Part shown: in pieces, positions 39,377 to 49,696 of the stretch
How the letters are laid out: each line of letters opens with the position of its first letter
Numbering within the stretch: position 1 is the stretch's first letter
From: Syntrophales bacterium
GTDB lineage: Bacteria > Desulfobacterota > Syntrophia > Syntrophales > UBA2210
Length of the DNA: 64,000 nt
Direction of reading: 5' to 3'
Assembly: GCA_963662405.2 (NCBI GenBank)
Contig: CAXXKT010000003.1
Location: forward strand, 96,001-160,000
Program-made: the position numbers and the translations under genes
The notes under the pieces: generated by a model
Database searches by the model: none
Told to the model about the DNA's origin: nothing
What the model saw: the letters and a program-made list of their open reading frames with translations, nothing else

Positions 39377-40774
39377 CTATTGATACTCCCCCATAAATTT
39401 TCTGTACTCCGGGTGTTCGACGAGCAGGCGGCCGCCGACTTCGATGAGTTTGTCGACTTGTGTTTCGCTGAGGTTGAACGATGTGGGGAGGTTGTTGAAA
39501 TATTCCTTTTCCTGTTCGTCGGCAAGGTTGTTGAAGCAGAGATCGGCGACGTAGAGTTTCAGGTTGCCTCCCGCGAGAGGTTTTATTTTGAAACCGTCGG
39601 TGCTGTGCCGGTCGAGGAGGTTCTGACAGGCGGTGGAGTATTGCTGGGCCTTGATCCGTTCGCCCATCGTCTCTTTGAACATCTCCACGGTCTCGAAGGA
39701 GTAGTTGTCCATGGAGACGGTGGCCGTCTTGAATCCCACCTTTGCCAGTCCCGGCGGGCTCTCTTTCCGGTCGCAGTTCTCGCGTTTCTCCGTCTTCGCG
39801 TTGACGACGATGACGAGGAGGCGCTTGATCTTCCCGTTGTTGATCTTCTGGCGGATATCGCTCCGCACGTACAGGTCGTAGATCGCCCGGAGGCCGAGGT
39901 TGTCGGCGAGCCCCCCGTCCATCAGGTGGAGCCAGGGGTGCGCCTCCCGGTCCGCGTAGATGGTGTTGTTGTATGCCGCCCAGTAGCGGCGCTGGTTGAC
40001 CCAGTAGTCCCGGAGGGCGAGGGTGTCTTCCGTATCGGGTGCGCAATCCGCGGCGCCGCAGTAGTTCGCGAGGCTGATGGGGGAGAGGAGAAAGGGAAAG
40101 GCGGATGACGCGGCGACGGCCCGGGCGACGGGGTAGGTGAGAAGGTCGGACCCGATGTAGTGGAACTGGCGGCCGGTGAATTCGAAACGGGCGCCGGTGG
40201 AGAGGTTGGTCGCGTTCATGATCAGGAAGGGGCGCGCGGCCTTTTCGGCCAGCGCGGCGAAGGTCCGGGATTGGAAGATGGTGTCGTTGTACAGTTCGGC
40301 GGCCAGGTCGATCCGGCTGAAGTACGGGGAGGCGAGGCGGACCCAGTTGTAGGGATTGGTGAGTTTGAGGAAGAGTTCCCGTTCGATGTTCCGGTTGAGG
40401 AATCTCTCCTCGAAATCGTCAAAGATCCGTTCCCCGAAGAGAGCGTAGTAGGCCCCCGTGAAGGACCCGCCGGAGACGGTGGATATGACGTCGACCTCGT
40501 CCAGGAGCGACCGGCCGTCGGGGAGGCGGATCTCCCGCATCTTCCTGAGGACGCCGTAGGAGAGGGCGGCCGCGCGGGTGCCGCCGCCGGAGAAGGTGAG
40601 GATGACGAAGGTCTCGTCGGCGTCGGCGGGTTCGGTGAAGCGGTCGAAGGCGTACGGGGCGGCCGGTTCGGGTTGCGTGAGGGGCTCGTTGAGCGGGTAG
40701 TGGGCGCAGCCGCACAGAACGACAACCGCGACAACCGCAAGGGCGAGACGGATGGTATGATTATACCTTTTCAT
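39377..40774 (-). CDS. Patatin-like phospholipase, predicted lipoprotein
   Basis: LCGC lipobox-like, SGGGTRAAA, STVSGGS, DGG. Confidence 0.9.
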   Translation of the reverse strand: MKRYNHTIRLALAVVAVVVLCGCAHYPLNEPLTQPEPAAPYAFDRFTEPADADETFVILTFSGGGTRAAALSYGVLRKMREIRLPDGRSLLDEVDVISTVSGGSFTGAYYALFGERIFDDFEERFLNRNIERELFLKLTNPYNWVRLASPYFSRIDLAAELYNDTIFQSRTFAALAEKAARPFLIMNATNLSTGARFEFTGRQFHYIGSDLLTYPVARAVAASSAFPFLLSPISLANYCGAADCAPDTEDTLALRDYWVNQRRYWAAYNNTIYADREAHPWLHLMDGGLADNLGLRAIYDLYVRSDIRQKINNGKIKRLLVIVVNAKTEKRENCDRKESPPGLAKVGFKTATVSMDNYSFETVEMFKETMGERIKAQQYSTACQNLLDRHSTDGFKIKPLAGGNLKLYVADLCFNNLADEQEKEYFNNLPTSFNLSETQVDKLIEVGGRLLVEHPEYRKFMGEYQ

Positions 40775-40979
40775 AACGCACCTCTTTGGGTGAGAGGGCA
40801 GTGGTCTCTTCGAGAATGATGAGGACCTCTTCCTCCGGCCGGAAATCGTATGGTGGCACCTGGAGGGTGACGAGATGGCTCCCTCCCTCCACCTCGATCA
40901 CCTCATTGGTCTTGCCCTGGGGTGTTTTGTCGATCATGACCTGCCGGTCGTCTTCGAACGTGACGATGAGATATTCCAT
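40761..40979 (-). CDS. Small beta-rich (PEGA-like) protein
   Basis: 72 aa MEYLIVTF...GKTN...G.H.VTL; AAGGAGG RBS; overlaps the patatin start. Confidence 0.6.
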   Translation of the reverse strand: MEYLIVTFEDDRQVMIDKTPQGKTNEVIEVEGGSHLVTLQVPPYDFRPEEEVLIILEETTALSPKEVRYEKV

Positions 40980-41102
40980 GACTGTCCCCTCCTTGTGTCC
41001 CGGCCATTCGGACATCCCCCTGATGTCCGACGGCGGTTTTCTCTGGGTAAGCGTTGAAGAGGCGTGCGGCGGCGCGTTTTCCTGAAAATCGGATCGCCCC
41101 AA

Positions 41103-41188
41103 ACAAAAAAGCCCTCATTCCTCACGATCGAGAAACAGGGCTTTCGATGATCAGACCATAACCCCTCCTGGTTTACGGCTGTTCACAA
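41103..41188 (-). promoter_or_regulatory. Conserved leader with SD, ATG-GTC-TGA mini-ORF and terminator (copy B)
   Basis: Shares exact TTATGGTCTGATCATC and AAAGCCCTGTTTCT with 27650-27734. Confidence 0.6.
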
Positions 41189-41255
41189 ATGCGTCTACAT
41201 TTCAGATTATAACTTTATGCCATAAAATAAACAGGATTGTCAATACTTACGCGAT

Positions 41256-41340
41256 AAATAGGGACAGCGCCCATTTTTCACTTTCCTCACAAAACGATAT
41301 TTTATTCAACCATTTACAAAAATGGGCGCTGTCCCTATTT
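41256..41340. repeat. REPIN-like inverted doublet
   Basis: Same arms as the RAYT flanks. Confidence 0.9.
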
Positions 41341-41512
41341 ACCGGAAGCTTGCTTTTCCGATTTTTCTATAGTAGTTCACGTTTCGTGTTATTCGGTCAT
41401 AGAAAATCGCTTCCGCACAAGCACCCGAAGGGATACGATAATGCCCGGCAAATCGTGCTTCCAGTGAACAGCGAAAGACTCCTGAAAACAACCGTACAAC
41501 AAAAATAATTCT

Positions 41513-43159
41513 ATGATCTACGATTCCATCGCTCTGCTCCTTGGAGGCTTGGGGCTCTTTTTCGTCGGCATACGGATGGTCAGCAGCAATCTGAAACTGA
41601 TGACCAGCAGAAAGCTCAAGCTGACAATTGCCCGATTAACCGATAGTGGAATCGCCGCCGGAATATGGGGTACGCTTTTCGGATTCATCACACAGAGCTC
41701 TTCAGCCGCGGCCTTTATCATGGCCGGCCTCAATTCGAGCGGCCTTCTGTCGGTACGCAAATCCCTCCCCATAATACTTTGGTCAAACGCGGGTTGTACC
41801 GCGCTTGTCCTGCTTGCCGTTATCGATATCCGAGATGCCGTTCTGATACTCCTCGGCATCTCCGGCATCTGCTACGCCTTTGAACAACCGAAAAAATTTC
41901 AACACGTACTGGGAGCGCTTTTCGGCATATCGCTCCTCTTCCTCGGCCTGCACATGTTGAGCACCGGGGCGGCACCCATTGCCGAAACCCGATGGATCAA
42001 GGATCTTCTCTATAACACGAGAAGTTCCTATGCTCTTACCTTTCTGATCGGGGCGGTACTGGCCTTTGTTACGCAAACCGCCATGGGCGTCATCATCATT
42101 GCCGTCGCCATGACCAAATCGGGGCTTTTTACCATCGATCAGACCCTGATGATCATATACGGCGCTCACGTGGGAGCCAGTATAACAGACAGCATCCTCT
42201 CCATGAGTCTCAAGGGTTCACCCAAGCAGTCCGCGATGGCTCAAGTTTTTTTTGACGGATCCGCCGGCATCATATTCATGCTGTTGCTGTATGTCGAAAT
42301 CTATACCGGCATTCCACTGGTCAAGGCCCTTTTGGGCTTCCTCTTCGAAGATATCGCGCAACAGGCGGCCTTCGTGGTGATCTTTATGAATATTCTCATA
42401 CTCACCCTGTGGTCCTTTATGCTGGATCCCTTTTATCGTCTTCTCGAACGTTTCTGGCCTCCCCTTGAAGAAGAGGCGCTGTCAAAGATAAAATTTATTC
42501 ATGAGCATACCGCTGGGGAACCGGACACGGCTGTTCTGCTTATAGAAAAAGAGGTGCACCGCCTGATGCAGCGTATCCCTCTCTATCTGGAAAAACTGCG
42601 TTTGGACAATAATTCCGATCAAGGGCCCTCTCTTGAGTCTTATCACGCCGCATTTGCCGAGGTTTCAAGTGAAATCAAAGCGTTTATCACCGATGTGTTC
42701 CGCCGGGATCTTTCCTTGGGGACATCGGAGGCACTCATCAATGTACAGGATCGCCACAATCTTGTCATCGCTCTTGAGGGTAATTATTATGGTCTTATCG
42801 GGACAATGCGGGAAACAGCTGTCTCTGAGGGAAAAGCCGCCAGCCTTGCCATGAACATTGCCGAAAGTCTCGACTCCATCGTACTCACTGCTATTGATGT
42901 TACGGAGGATCCCGATCAAAGGGATCTGGATATCCTTTTGTCACTCACATCGGATAGGGGACAGTTAATGGAAAAGATTCGCCGCAGCTATCTTTCATCA
43001 GAAGACGATCTCGGCATCGAGGAACGCTCGCTGATTCTCTATGTAACCAACCTTTTTGAGCGATCCGTCTGGACACTGGGACGCTATGGAAAACTATTGA
43101 AAATAACGGGGCAGACCAAGGTAAATAGGGACAGCGCCCATTTTTTACTTACCAAATAA
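41513..43159 (+). CDS. Na/Pi cotransporter family protein
   Basis: LLGGLGLFFVG, QSSSA repeat, many TM helices, helical C-terminal domain. Confidence 0.82.
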   Translation: MIYDSIALLLGGLGLFFVGIRMVSSNLKLMTSRKLKLTIARLTDSGIAAGIWGTLFGFITQSSSAAAFIMAGLNSSGLLSVRKSLPIILWSNAGCTALVLLAVIDIRDAVLILLGISGICYAFEQPKKFQHVLGALFGISLLFLGLHMLSTGAAPIAETRWIKDLLYNTRSSYALTFLIGAVLAFVTQTAMGVIIIAVAMTKSGLFTIDQTLMIIYGAHVGASITDSILSMSLKGSPKQSAMAQVFFDGSAGIIFMLLLYVEIYTGIPLVKALLGFLFEDIAQQAAFVVIFMNILILTLWSFMLDPFYRLLERFWPPLEEEALSKIKFIHEHTAGEPDTAVLLIEKEVHRLMQRIPLYLEKLRLDNNSDQGPSLESYHAAFAEVSSEIKAFITDVFRRDLSLGTSEALINVQDRHNLVIALEGNYYGLIGTMRETAVSEGKAASLAMNIAESLDSIVLTAIDVTEDPDQRDLDILLSLTSDRGQLMEKIRRSYLSSEDDLGIEERSLILYVTNLFERSVWTLGRYGKLLKITGQTKVNRDSAHFLLTK

Positions 43160-43207
43160 AACAGACTTCTATTCAAACATTTACAAAAATGGGCGCTGTC
43201 CCTATTT
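43123..43207. repeat. REPIN-like inverted doublet
   Basis: Same arms; overlaps the 3' end of the transporter gene. Confidence 0.9.
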
Positions 43208-43210
43208 ACC

Positions 43211-43600
43211 CTAGTGAACATAGACCTCGACGGAACACCCCGACCGTTTGAGGATCACTTTGATGTCACGGCATTTTGTTAATGTTCTTACTTTCCATTG
43301 GGGGGCGGGGCAGCCTTCCCATTGCTTGTTCGGACAAACGCCTATGTCGTCCCAGCAGAGGCCTTTATTGTACCATTTGTCATTTGAGTACGTCACCGTC
43401 TCTCCCGGGTGGATGCCTTGGCTGTCGTTAAAATTATGCACGTTCTCCAACAATCCCCAACGGACGGCTGTATAGACCTTTCCATCTTCCTCGGATAATT
43501 CGCTCGTCACGGTAATGGTATATGCCCCTGCCGGGATGACGCTGCAAACGGACAGTACGATAATGGCAAGGCACCCTAACAAAACGGCTTTCTTTTTCAT
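43211..43600 (-). CDS. Hypothetical secreted Cys/Trp-rich protein
   Basis: Signal peptide, GGAGG RBS, no family recognised. Confidence 0.6.
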   Translation of the reverse strand: MKKKAVLLGCLAIIVLSVCSVIPAGAYTITVTSELSEEDGKVYTAVRWGLLENVHNFNDSQGIHPGETVTYSNDKWYNKGLCWDDIGVCPNKQWEGCPAPQWKVRTLTKCRDIKVILKRSGCSVEVYVH

Positions 43601-43777
43601 GGTCTTCCCTCCATTTTGTGCGTAAGCAGAGAATCGAAACGATTATGATAATGAAATGTACCGTTTAGTGCCTTGAGGGTCAAGAAGAATGTGCCCCTCT
43701 TTTACAATGGTGCATCAGGGGCGGGAACGTGTTATGGGGTACAGGGCAGTCAGTTGCCAGATGATAAGGAGAAGAGG

Positions 43778-44296
43778 GTGAAGATATCCGAGATGAGCTT
43801 TCCCCGCCAACTGGAGGCGGACGGCTCGGCCGACACGATTCGCGGGGCCTTGATGACGCGCACCGCGAAGCTCTGGGCCGGGGGCAGGGGAGAGGTGCCG
43901 GTCATCGCTCTCAGTGAGCCGCTGAAAACGGTATTACAACAGGCGCGGGGGCAGGGGCGGATCAGGATCGGCTTCGATCAGATCCTCCGGAAGCTCACCG
44001 GCGAGAAGAAGGGGATTGCCGGTGTCAGGGAGCAGACGGATGCCCCGTACGGGGACCGGATTTCGCGGCTGCTTCTCTTTTCCAACGACGGGGCGGAGCG
44101 CTTCTACCGCAATGTCGAACAGCTCCTGGAGGGGCACGCGCCCCGGGTGCTCGGCTGTCTCCTGGAGGCCGACAGCGCCGCCCTGGGCGGGCTGTTCTCG
44201 AATAATGGGGGGGCGATCAAGATCGTCATGGCCGAACACAAGGATGTCGTCGCCGATGTCCTGCGTATTTTTAATAGGGACAGCGCCCATTTTTGA
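43778..44296 (+). CDS. Hypothetical protein
   Basis: AAGGAG RBS before GTG; C-terminus runs into a repeat. Confidence 0.6.
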   Translation: MKISEMSFPRQLEADGSADTIRGALMTRTAKLWAGGRGEVPVIALSEPLKTVLQQARGQGRIRIGFDQILRKLTGEKKGIAGVREQTDAPYGDRISRLLLFSNDGAERFYRNVEQLLEGHAPRVLGCLLEADSAALGGLFSNNGGAIKIVMAEHKDVVADVLRIFNRDSAHF

Positions 44297-44357
44297 ATGC
44301 GCAGTAATGGGGTAATCTCTTGAAGTTGTGTTACAAAAAATGGGCGCTGTCCCTATT
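44273..44357. repeat. REPIN-like inverted doublet
   Basis: Same arms as the RAYT flanks. Confidence 0.9.
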
Positions 44358-44368
44358 AAAAGGTGTGT

Positions 44369-45109
44369 ATGCTTGAGTTGAGCGTGTTGAGCTGGGTGCT
44401 GGTCGCGTTGTGCTCGATCATGGTCGGGGTGGCCAAGGCGGGGATCCCCGGCGTGGGGGTCCTCATCGTTCCCCTCATGGCGACGGCGCTCCCCACGGGG
44501 ACATCGATCGGGTTTGTTCTGGGGGTTCTGATTGTGGGCGATCTCTTCGCCATCATCTACCACCGGCGCAACGCGAAATGGGCCTATATGCTGCACCTTT
44601 TCCCCGCCGCGGTGGCGGGGATCGTCGCCGGTTATTTAATCCTCGGGCTCGTCACCGAACAGCAGCTCCGGCCGATGATCGGGGGGATTACCCTGGTGAT
44701 GCTCGCCGTCAATTACTGGCGCGAGAGGGATCGGACCGAAGAGACGCGCGTCCCGACGCAGTGGTGGTTCGCCGCCGGGATCGGCTTTATCGCCGGGATC
44801 ACCTCGATGATGGCGAATGCCGCCGGTCCCATCATGATGATCTATCTCCTTGCGATGCGGCTGCCCAAGATCGAATTCGTCGGGACCGGGGCCTGGTTCT
44901 TTTTCATCGTCAACTGGATCAAGGTCCCCTTCAGCGCACATCTGGCCCTCATGACGCCGGAAACGATCACAGTGAACCTCATGATGGTGCCCTTCGTCGC
45001 CGCCGGCGCGGTCCTGGGCATATTCCTCCTGCACCGGGTCCCCCAGAAGGCCTTTAACGCCATCGTCGAGGTCCTGGCGGTCGTTGCCGCGGTGAAGCTG
45101 ATGATCTGA
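44369..45109 (+). CDS. TSUP (TauE/SafE) family transporter
   Basis: GVAKAGIPG, ANAAGP, KVP; highly hydrophobic. Confidence 0.85.
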   Translation: MLELSVLSWVLVALCSIMVGVAKAGIPGVGVLIVPLMATALPTGTSIGFVLGVLIVGDLFAIIYHRRNAKWAYMLHLFPAAVAGIVAGYLILGLVTEQQLRPMIGGITLVMLAVNYWRERDRTEETRVPTQWWFAAGIGFIAGITSMMANAAGPIMMIYLLAMRLPKIEFVGTGAWFFFIVNWIKVPFSAHLALMTPETITVNLMMVPFVAAGAVLGIFLLHRVPQKAFNAIVEVLAVVAAVKLMI

Positions 45110-45145
45110 TTGTCGAGCAGTCGAGGAAAAGGGCGCTGTTCCTCT

Positions 45146-46903
45146 TTAAAGTGCGGTGACCACGCGGTTTTTCCCCTGACGTTTGGCCTGGTACAGGGCC
45201 TGGTCCGCCCGGCGGATCAGGCCGGATGCGGTTTCTCCCCGGACCAACTGGGCGACGCCGATGCTGACCGTGGCCGAGACGGTTATCCCGCCCCCCGGCT
45301 TGAAGGTCCGGGCGGCGAAGCTCTGGCGGATCCGCTCCGCGGCCTGGAAACTCTGGGCTGCCTCGGCGTCAGGGAAGACCACCGTAAACTCCTCGCCCCC
45401 GTACCGGAATCCCGCGTCCTGATTCCGGATCTCGCCCGTTATAACATCTGCCAGGGCCTGCAGGACACTATCTCCCTCGGGATGCCCGTAGGTGTCATTG
45501 TAGCGCTTGAAATCGTCCACATCCATGATGATCAGAGAAAGGGGGAGGCCGGTTTCCTCCGCCTCGCGCACTTCCTCCTCCAGCCTCTGCATGAGGTAGT
45601 CCTTGTTGTACAGGCCGGTCAGTCCATCGGTCTCGCTGGCCTTCTTGTACAGGGCCCGTGATCGGGCCAGGACCAGTTTTTCTCTTTCCAGGGCCCGAAT
45701 CCTGTCGGCCAGGGCGAAGGACAGCAGCACGGCTTCGATGGCCGGACCCAGGGTGAAGAGCGTGTTGCTCGGGATGTTGACCGGTATGACGCCCAGGGTC
45801 CAGAGGACGTAGATCAGCGTCCCGATCATGAAAAACAGGTTTGCCAGGATATAGTACCTGGCCGTTTCGAACCCCTGCCGCCACCGGAGAATCCCCACAA
45901 TGATCAGGTTGACCGGGCCCAGGATACCGGCAGCGTTGGCCACAAGGGCGGCCGCCTCGTGCCAGCTCAGGAGCCCGAACAGAGCGATAATCAGGGCGGC
46001 GACCTTGAAGAATACCAGCACCCGGTGCCAGCGGGGCGTGTGGATCCTGGTGTCAAAGAAGCGCTGGCAGAAGCTGATGGAGAAGAAGATCGATGTCCCG
46101 AGGAAGACCCACTCCAGTACCTGTAACATGTTCCCGTCCAGTTGAACGACCGCGCTGGCATGCCCGTTGAAGAGAAGGAAGTACGTAATGAATGAAAGCA
46201 TGTAAAAGACGTAGATGAGGTAGATGCCGTTCCTGAGGGAAAAGAAGATGAAGAGGTTGTACAGGACCATGGCGAGCATGATTCCGTAGATTAGCCCGAA
46301 GTAGAAATAATCGTACATCGCGTACGTGTTGAAGATATCATCCGTCCTCAGGACGAGCGGAATCGTGTCGGGGCCGAACGAACCGAAGCGGAGGTAATAG
46401 GTCGCCGTCTGGTTTGACCGGGTATCGATATGGAAAGAATAGTTTCGGAAAGGCAGGGTCGTTGGATTTCCCCTTTGGGAGCGGTTCCCCTCGACCGGAC
46501 GATAGCCGGTCTCTGTGTCCGGATCGGGAAGGTACAGCTCCACCATGTCCACGATGGAACAGTTTATCTCCAGCACCCACCGGTGTTTTCCCTGAGCCGC
46601 CGGTGTGCGGTCCCGCAGTTGCAAACGGACCCACGTCCTGTCGGGTTCACCGGGGAGATGCACGTGGCTGGTCGTGTTGGGCTCAAACTGCCGGGCCGCC
46701 GAAGGCGCAAGGACACCCTTGATGGTCATCGTCCCGCCCGGGTCTCTCAGAACCGAGATATGAGAACCCACATCGATGCGTCCCGTCTCCACGGACAGAT
46801 CGATGGGAGCGCCGGACGTCGGACAGGGCCCCTGGAAGACGCAGAACCACAGCGCCGGAATGCAGAACACAATCCGCCTGAAGATCATCGAGGAGTTCGG
46901 CAT
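45146..46903 (-). CDS. 7TM-DISM sensor diguanylate cyclase
   Basis: 7TMR-DISM extracellular and TM region, DGLTGLYN, DVDDFKRYND.YGH, RYGGEEF. Confidence 0.92.
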   Translation of the reverse strand: MPNSSMIFRRIVFCIPALWFCVFQGPCPTSGAPIDLSVETGRIDVGSHISVLRDPGGTMTIKGVLAPSAARQFEPNTTSHVHLPGEPDRTWVRLQLRDRTPAAQGKHRWVLEINCSIVDMVELYLPDPDTETGYRPVEGNRSQRGNPTTLPFRNYSFHIDTRSNQTATYYLRFGSFGPDTIPLVLRTDDIFNTYAMYDYFYFGLIYGIMLAMVLYNLFIFFSLRNGIYLIYVFYMLSFITYFLLFNGHASAVVQLDGNMLQVLEWVFLGTSIFFSISFCQRFFDTRIHTPRWHRVLVFFKVAALIIALFGLLSWHEAAALVANAAGILGPVNLIIVGILRWRQGFETARYYILANLFFMIGTLIYVLWTLGVIPVNIPSNTLFTLGPAIEAVLLSFALADRIRALEREKLVLARSRALYKKASETDGLTGLYNKDYLMQRLEEEVREAEETGLPLSLIIMDVDDFKRYNDTYGHPEGDSVLQALADVITGEIRNQDAGFRYGGEEFTVVFPDAEAAQSFQAAERIRQSFAARTFKPGGGITVSATVSIGVAQLVRGETASGLIRRADQALYQAKRQGKNRVVTAL

Positions 46904-47379
46904 GTATTTTTCCTTTCTGCGCATTCCGTGAGCCATGCGCGGCACGGCCGGTAATCCGATCCGTGGGCGGTCCGTCGGCAGTCTTTGTGTGGTAAGAATA
47001 ATCCGTGGCAGTGATTTGTGCGACGCACAACACGCAGTGAGACATATAAATAACGGTTCTCAAACTGTCAATACAATATATCGAAAAAGGCATAGAATTT
47101 TCGATATCTGCTCCTCTGTGCTTTCGGTGAGAGGGAAGAGAGACTGTCCCTGTGTTCACGGAATGAATCATTCATATGTTTTTAAATTAATTTTGACAGA
47201 GAACCCATATTGTGTCAGACAAAGCATGCATTTTTGTTGAACGCCGATACATCTTTTCGGCATGAGAAATACCGCGATAGTGATAACAAGCGATAACGCG
47301 CTTTCCGTGAGGGAGAGGGAACAGGACTCGGCCCTTTTTCTTTTCCTGTTTATTTGATTTCCATTTCGGAGGTTTCGGT

Positions 47380-48228
47380 ATGAACGGAAACAAAATTCTT
47401 CCACTGTTTTTATTTGTCTGTTTTTCACTTATCCTTTCTTTTGTAATGATCCCGTCGCCTGTGCGTGGGGCCGTGGGAGATCTGACCATCAGCACCCCCG
47501 CGGCGAACCCGTCGCAGGGTTCCACCTTTACGTCGGAGATCACCGTGGATGTGGGCACTCGGGTTGTCGGGGCTTACGACGTGGTTTTCACCTTCAACAG
47601 GAATGTCCTGCAGATCCAGACCGTAGGAGCAGGGGCGCCGGAGTTGGGGACTCCAGTTGACAGTGGTATTGCGGCGGCAAACACGAACGGATGGATTCTC
47701 GTGAACGCGCTGAATGCGGCCAGTCTTACTGCTCCCACGGGGATCGTGGACTTATTCAGCATCACCTTTCAGGTCGTCGGTGCGCCGGGCACCACCAGCA
47801 CACTCCAGGTAGCGATAACCAGTTTTTGGGATGTCAATTTCAGCGATATTCCGTGCACACCGATCGATTCCCAGGTCACGGTCGCATCCCCACCGATCGT
47901 TGTCAGCTTCACGGCGACCCCCTCGTCGATCACCGCCGGGGAAACCGCAACCCTCGCGTGGAACGTGACGGGCGCGACAACCGTGACTATCGGCCCCGGT
48001 ATCGGTACGGTGGACCCTTCCGGCGGGACAACAGTCGTGTCTCCCGCCGCCACGACAACCTACACCCTGACGGCGACCAACGCCGAAGGTTCGGTAACCG
48101 CTCACGCGACGGTGATCGTCATAGAGACAGTTCCCACCCTGAACCGATGGGGGATGATCCTCATGGGATTGGCTGTGGTGTGTATCGCATTCCTGACGGT
48201 GAGGAAACGGGACGCGACGACCGCCTAG
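47380..48228 (+). CDS. Secreted cohesin-like/Ig-like protein with IPTL-CTERM signal
   Basis: Signal peptide, cohesin-like pattern, TTTYTLTATN, VPTLNRWG + TM + RKR. Confidence 0.72.
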   Translation: MNGNKILPLFLFVCFSLILSFVMIPSPVRGAVGDLTISTPAANPSQGSTFTSEITVDVGTRVVGAYDVVFTFNRNVLQIQTVGAGAPELGTPVDSGIAAANTNGWILVNALNAASLTAPTGIVDLFSITFQVVGAPGTTSTLQVAITSFWDVNFSDIPCTPIDSQVTVASPPIVVSFTATPSSITAGETATLAWNVTGATTVTIGPGIGTVDPSGGTTVVSPAATTTYTLTATNAEGSVTAHATVIVIETVPTLNRWGMILMGLAVVCIAFLTVRKRDATTA

Positions 48229-48310
48229 ATGAAAATTCTCGTTGTACTGGTCTGTTCGTTTTGTTATGTTTCCCGGGCTTTTCTCTATCTCGTATCCACA
48301 GGAGCCACTT

Positions 48311-49696
48311 ATGCTGATTGATCATACTATTGTTGTCATCTATCTGCTGGCGATTCTGGTTATGGGACTCCTGTCGGGGCGTGGGGTCAAGACGCTGAAC
48401 CAATTCTCCGTCTACAAACGCTCGTACGGTTCGATGGTCATTTTCGCCACGCTGGCCGCCTCCTTTATCGGCGGCGGTTTTTCCATGGGCAATGCCGGCA
48501 AGGTGTACGCCATCGGCATTATCTCCGTGGTTGGTCTGTGGGGATTCAGCCTGAAGGAGCTCCTGGTGGCCGCCTTTATCGCGCCGCGGGTGCAGGGTTT
48601 CCGGGATTGCATCTCCGTGGGCGATGTGATGGAGATCAACTACGGCAAATCCGGGCGGATCATTACCGGCGTGCTGGGACTGCTGGTCTGTATGGGCATC
48701 ACCGGGGCGCAGGTGGGCGCCATGGGGGCGGTATTCGAACAATTCACGGGTATGTCGCGCAACGTGGGTATCCTGGCCGGCTGTGGTATCGTGATCGCCT
48801 ACACCACGGCCGGGGGGATGCGCGCCGTGGTACGGACCGATGTTATCCAGTTTTTCCTGCTTGCCGTGGGCATACCGCTCATGCTCTTTCTGGGGCTGCA
48901 GGAAGTAGGCGGGATTGACGGATTGCAGGCCAGGGTCCCTGCCTCTCACCTCTCGCTGTCCAACGTCCATATGACGCCGATGATGGTCTTTTCGCTGTTT
49001 CTGTCGTTCATGATCGGAGAAACACTGGTCCCACCGTATCTGCAACGGCTGTTGCTCGGTAAAGACGCCCGTGCCACGGCGGAAGGCACGCTTTACAGCG
49101 CGCTCTTTTCCATCCCGTTCTTCGCGGTCACGGGGTTGATCGGGCTGGTGGCGTTGGCATTGACCCCGGACCTGCAGGGCAACGCGCCTATGCCCTACGT
49201 GGTGCAGCACATTCTGCCGGTGGGGCTGCGCGGGCTTGTCATCGCCGGCATCATATCCATTGTCATGTCTTCGGCCGACTCATTCCTCAACTCGTCATCC
49301 GTGACGCTGGTGAACGATGTCATCAAACCGCTTTCGTCGCGGCCGATCAGCGATCGTGCCGGCCTGATCCTCGCCCGCGTCACCACACTGGTGGTGGGGG
49401 TCGGATCGGTCTGGTTTGCACTGCGCATTGAAAACGTGCTTGATATTCTTTTGTTTTCATATAATTTCTGGGCGCCGGTGGTGCTGGTGCCGATGGCGGC
49501 CACCCTGCTGGGGGTCAAGGCGCGCCCCAAGACGTTTCTGGCGGGCGCCTTCTGCGGCGTGGTGACACTCGTCATCTGGCATTGGTTCCTGAAGGATCCC
49601 GGCGGTGTCGACGGGCTGGTCATCGGCGTGCTGGCCAACCTGGTTGCCTTTGCCTCCATGCATCATATCGACCGCACGGTAACAACACTAAAATAG
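48311..49696 (+). CDS. Sodium:solute symporter family protein
   Basis: YTTAGGMRAVVRTDVIQ, MSSADS. Confidence 0.9.
   Translation: MLIDHTIVVIYLLAILVMGLLSGRGVKTLNQFSVYKRSYGSMVIFATLAASFIGGGFSMGNAGKVYAIGIISVVGLWGFSLKELLVAAFIAPRVQGFRDCISVGDVMEINYGKSGRIITGVLGLLVCMGITGAQVGAMGAVFEQFTGMSRNVGILAGCGIVIAYTTAGGMRAVVRTDVIQFFLLAVGIPLMLFLGLQEVGGIDGLQARVPASHLSLSNVHMTPMMVFSLFLSFMIGETLVPPYLQRLLLGKDARATAEGTLYSALFSIPFFAVTGLIGLVALALTPDLQGNAPMPYVVQHILPVGLRGLVIAGIISIVMSSADSFLNSSSVTLVNDVIKPLSSRPISDRAGLILARVTTLVVGVGSVWFALRIENVLDILLFSYNFWAPVVLVPMAATLLGVKARPKTFLAGAFCGVVTLVIWHWFLKDPGGVDGLVIGVLANLVAFASMHHIDRTVTTLK

Noticed and set aside
39377..40774. Patatin as CBASS CapV
   Set aside because: No CD-NTase nearby and the protein has a lipoprotein signal
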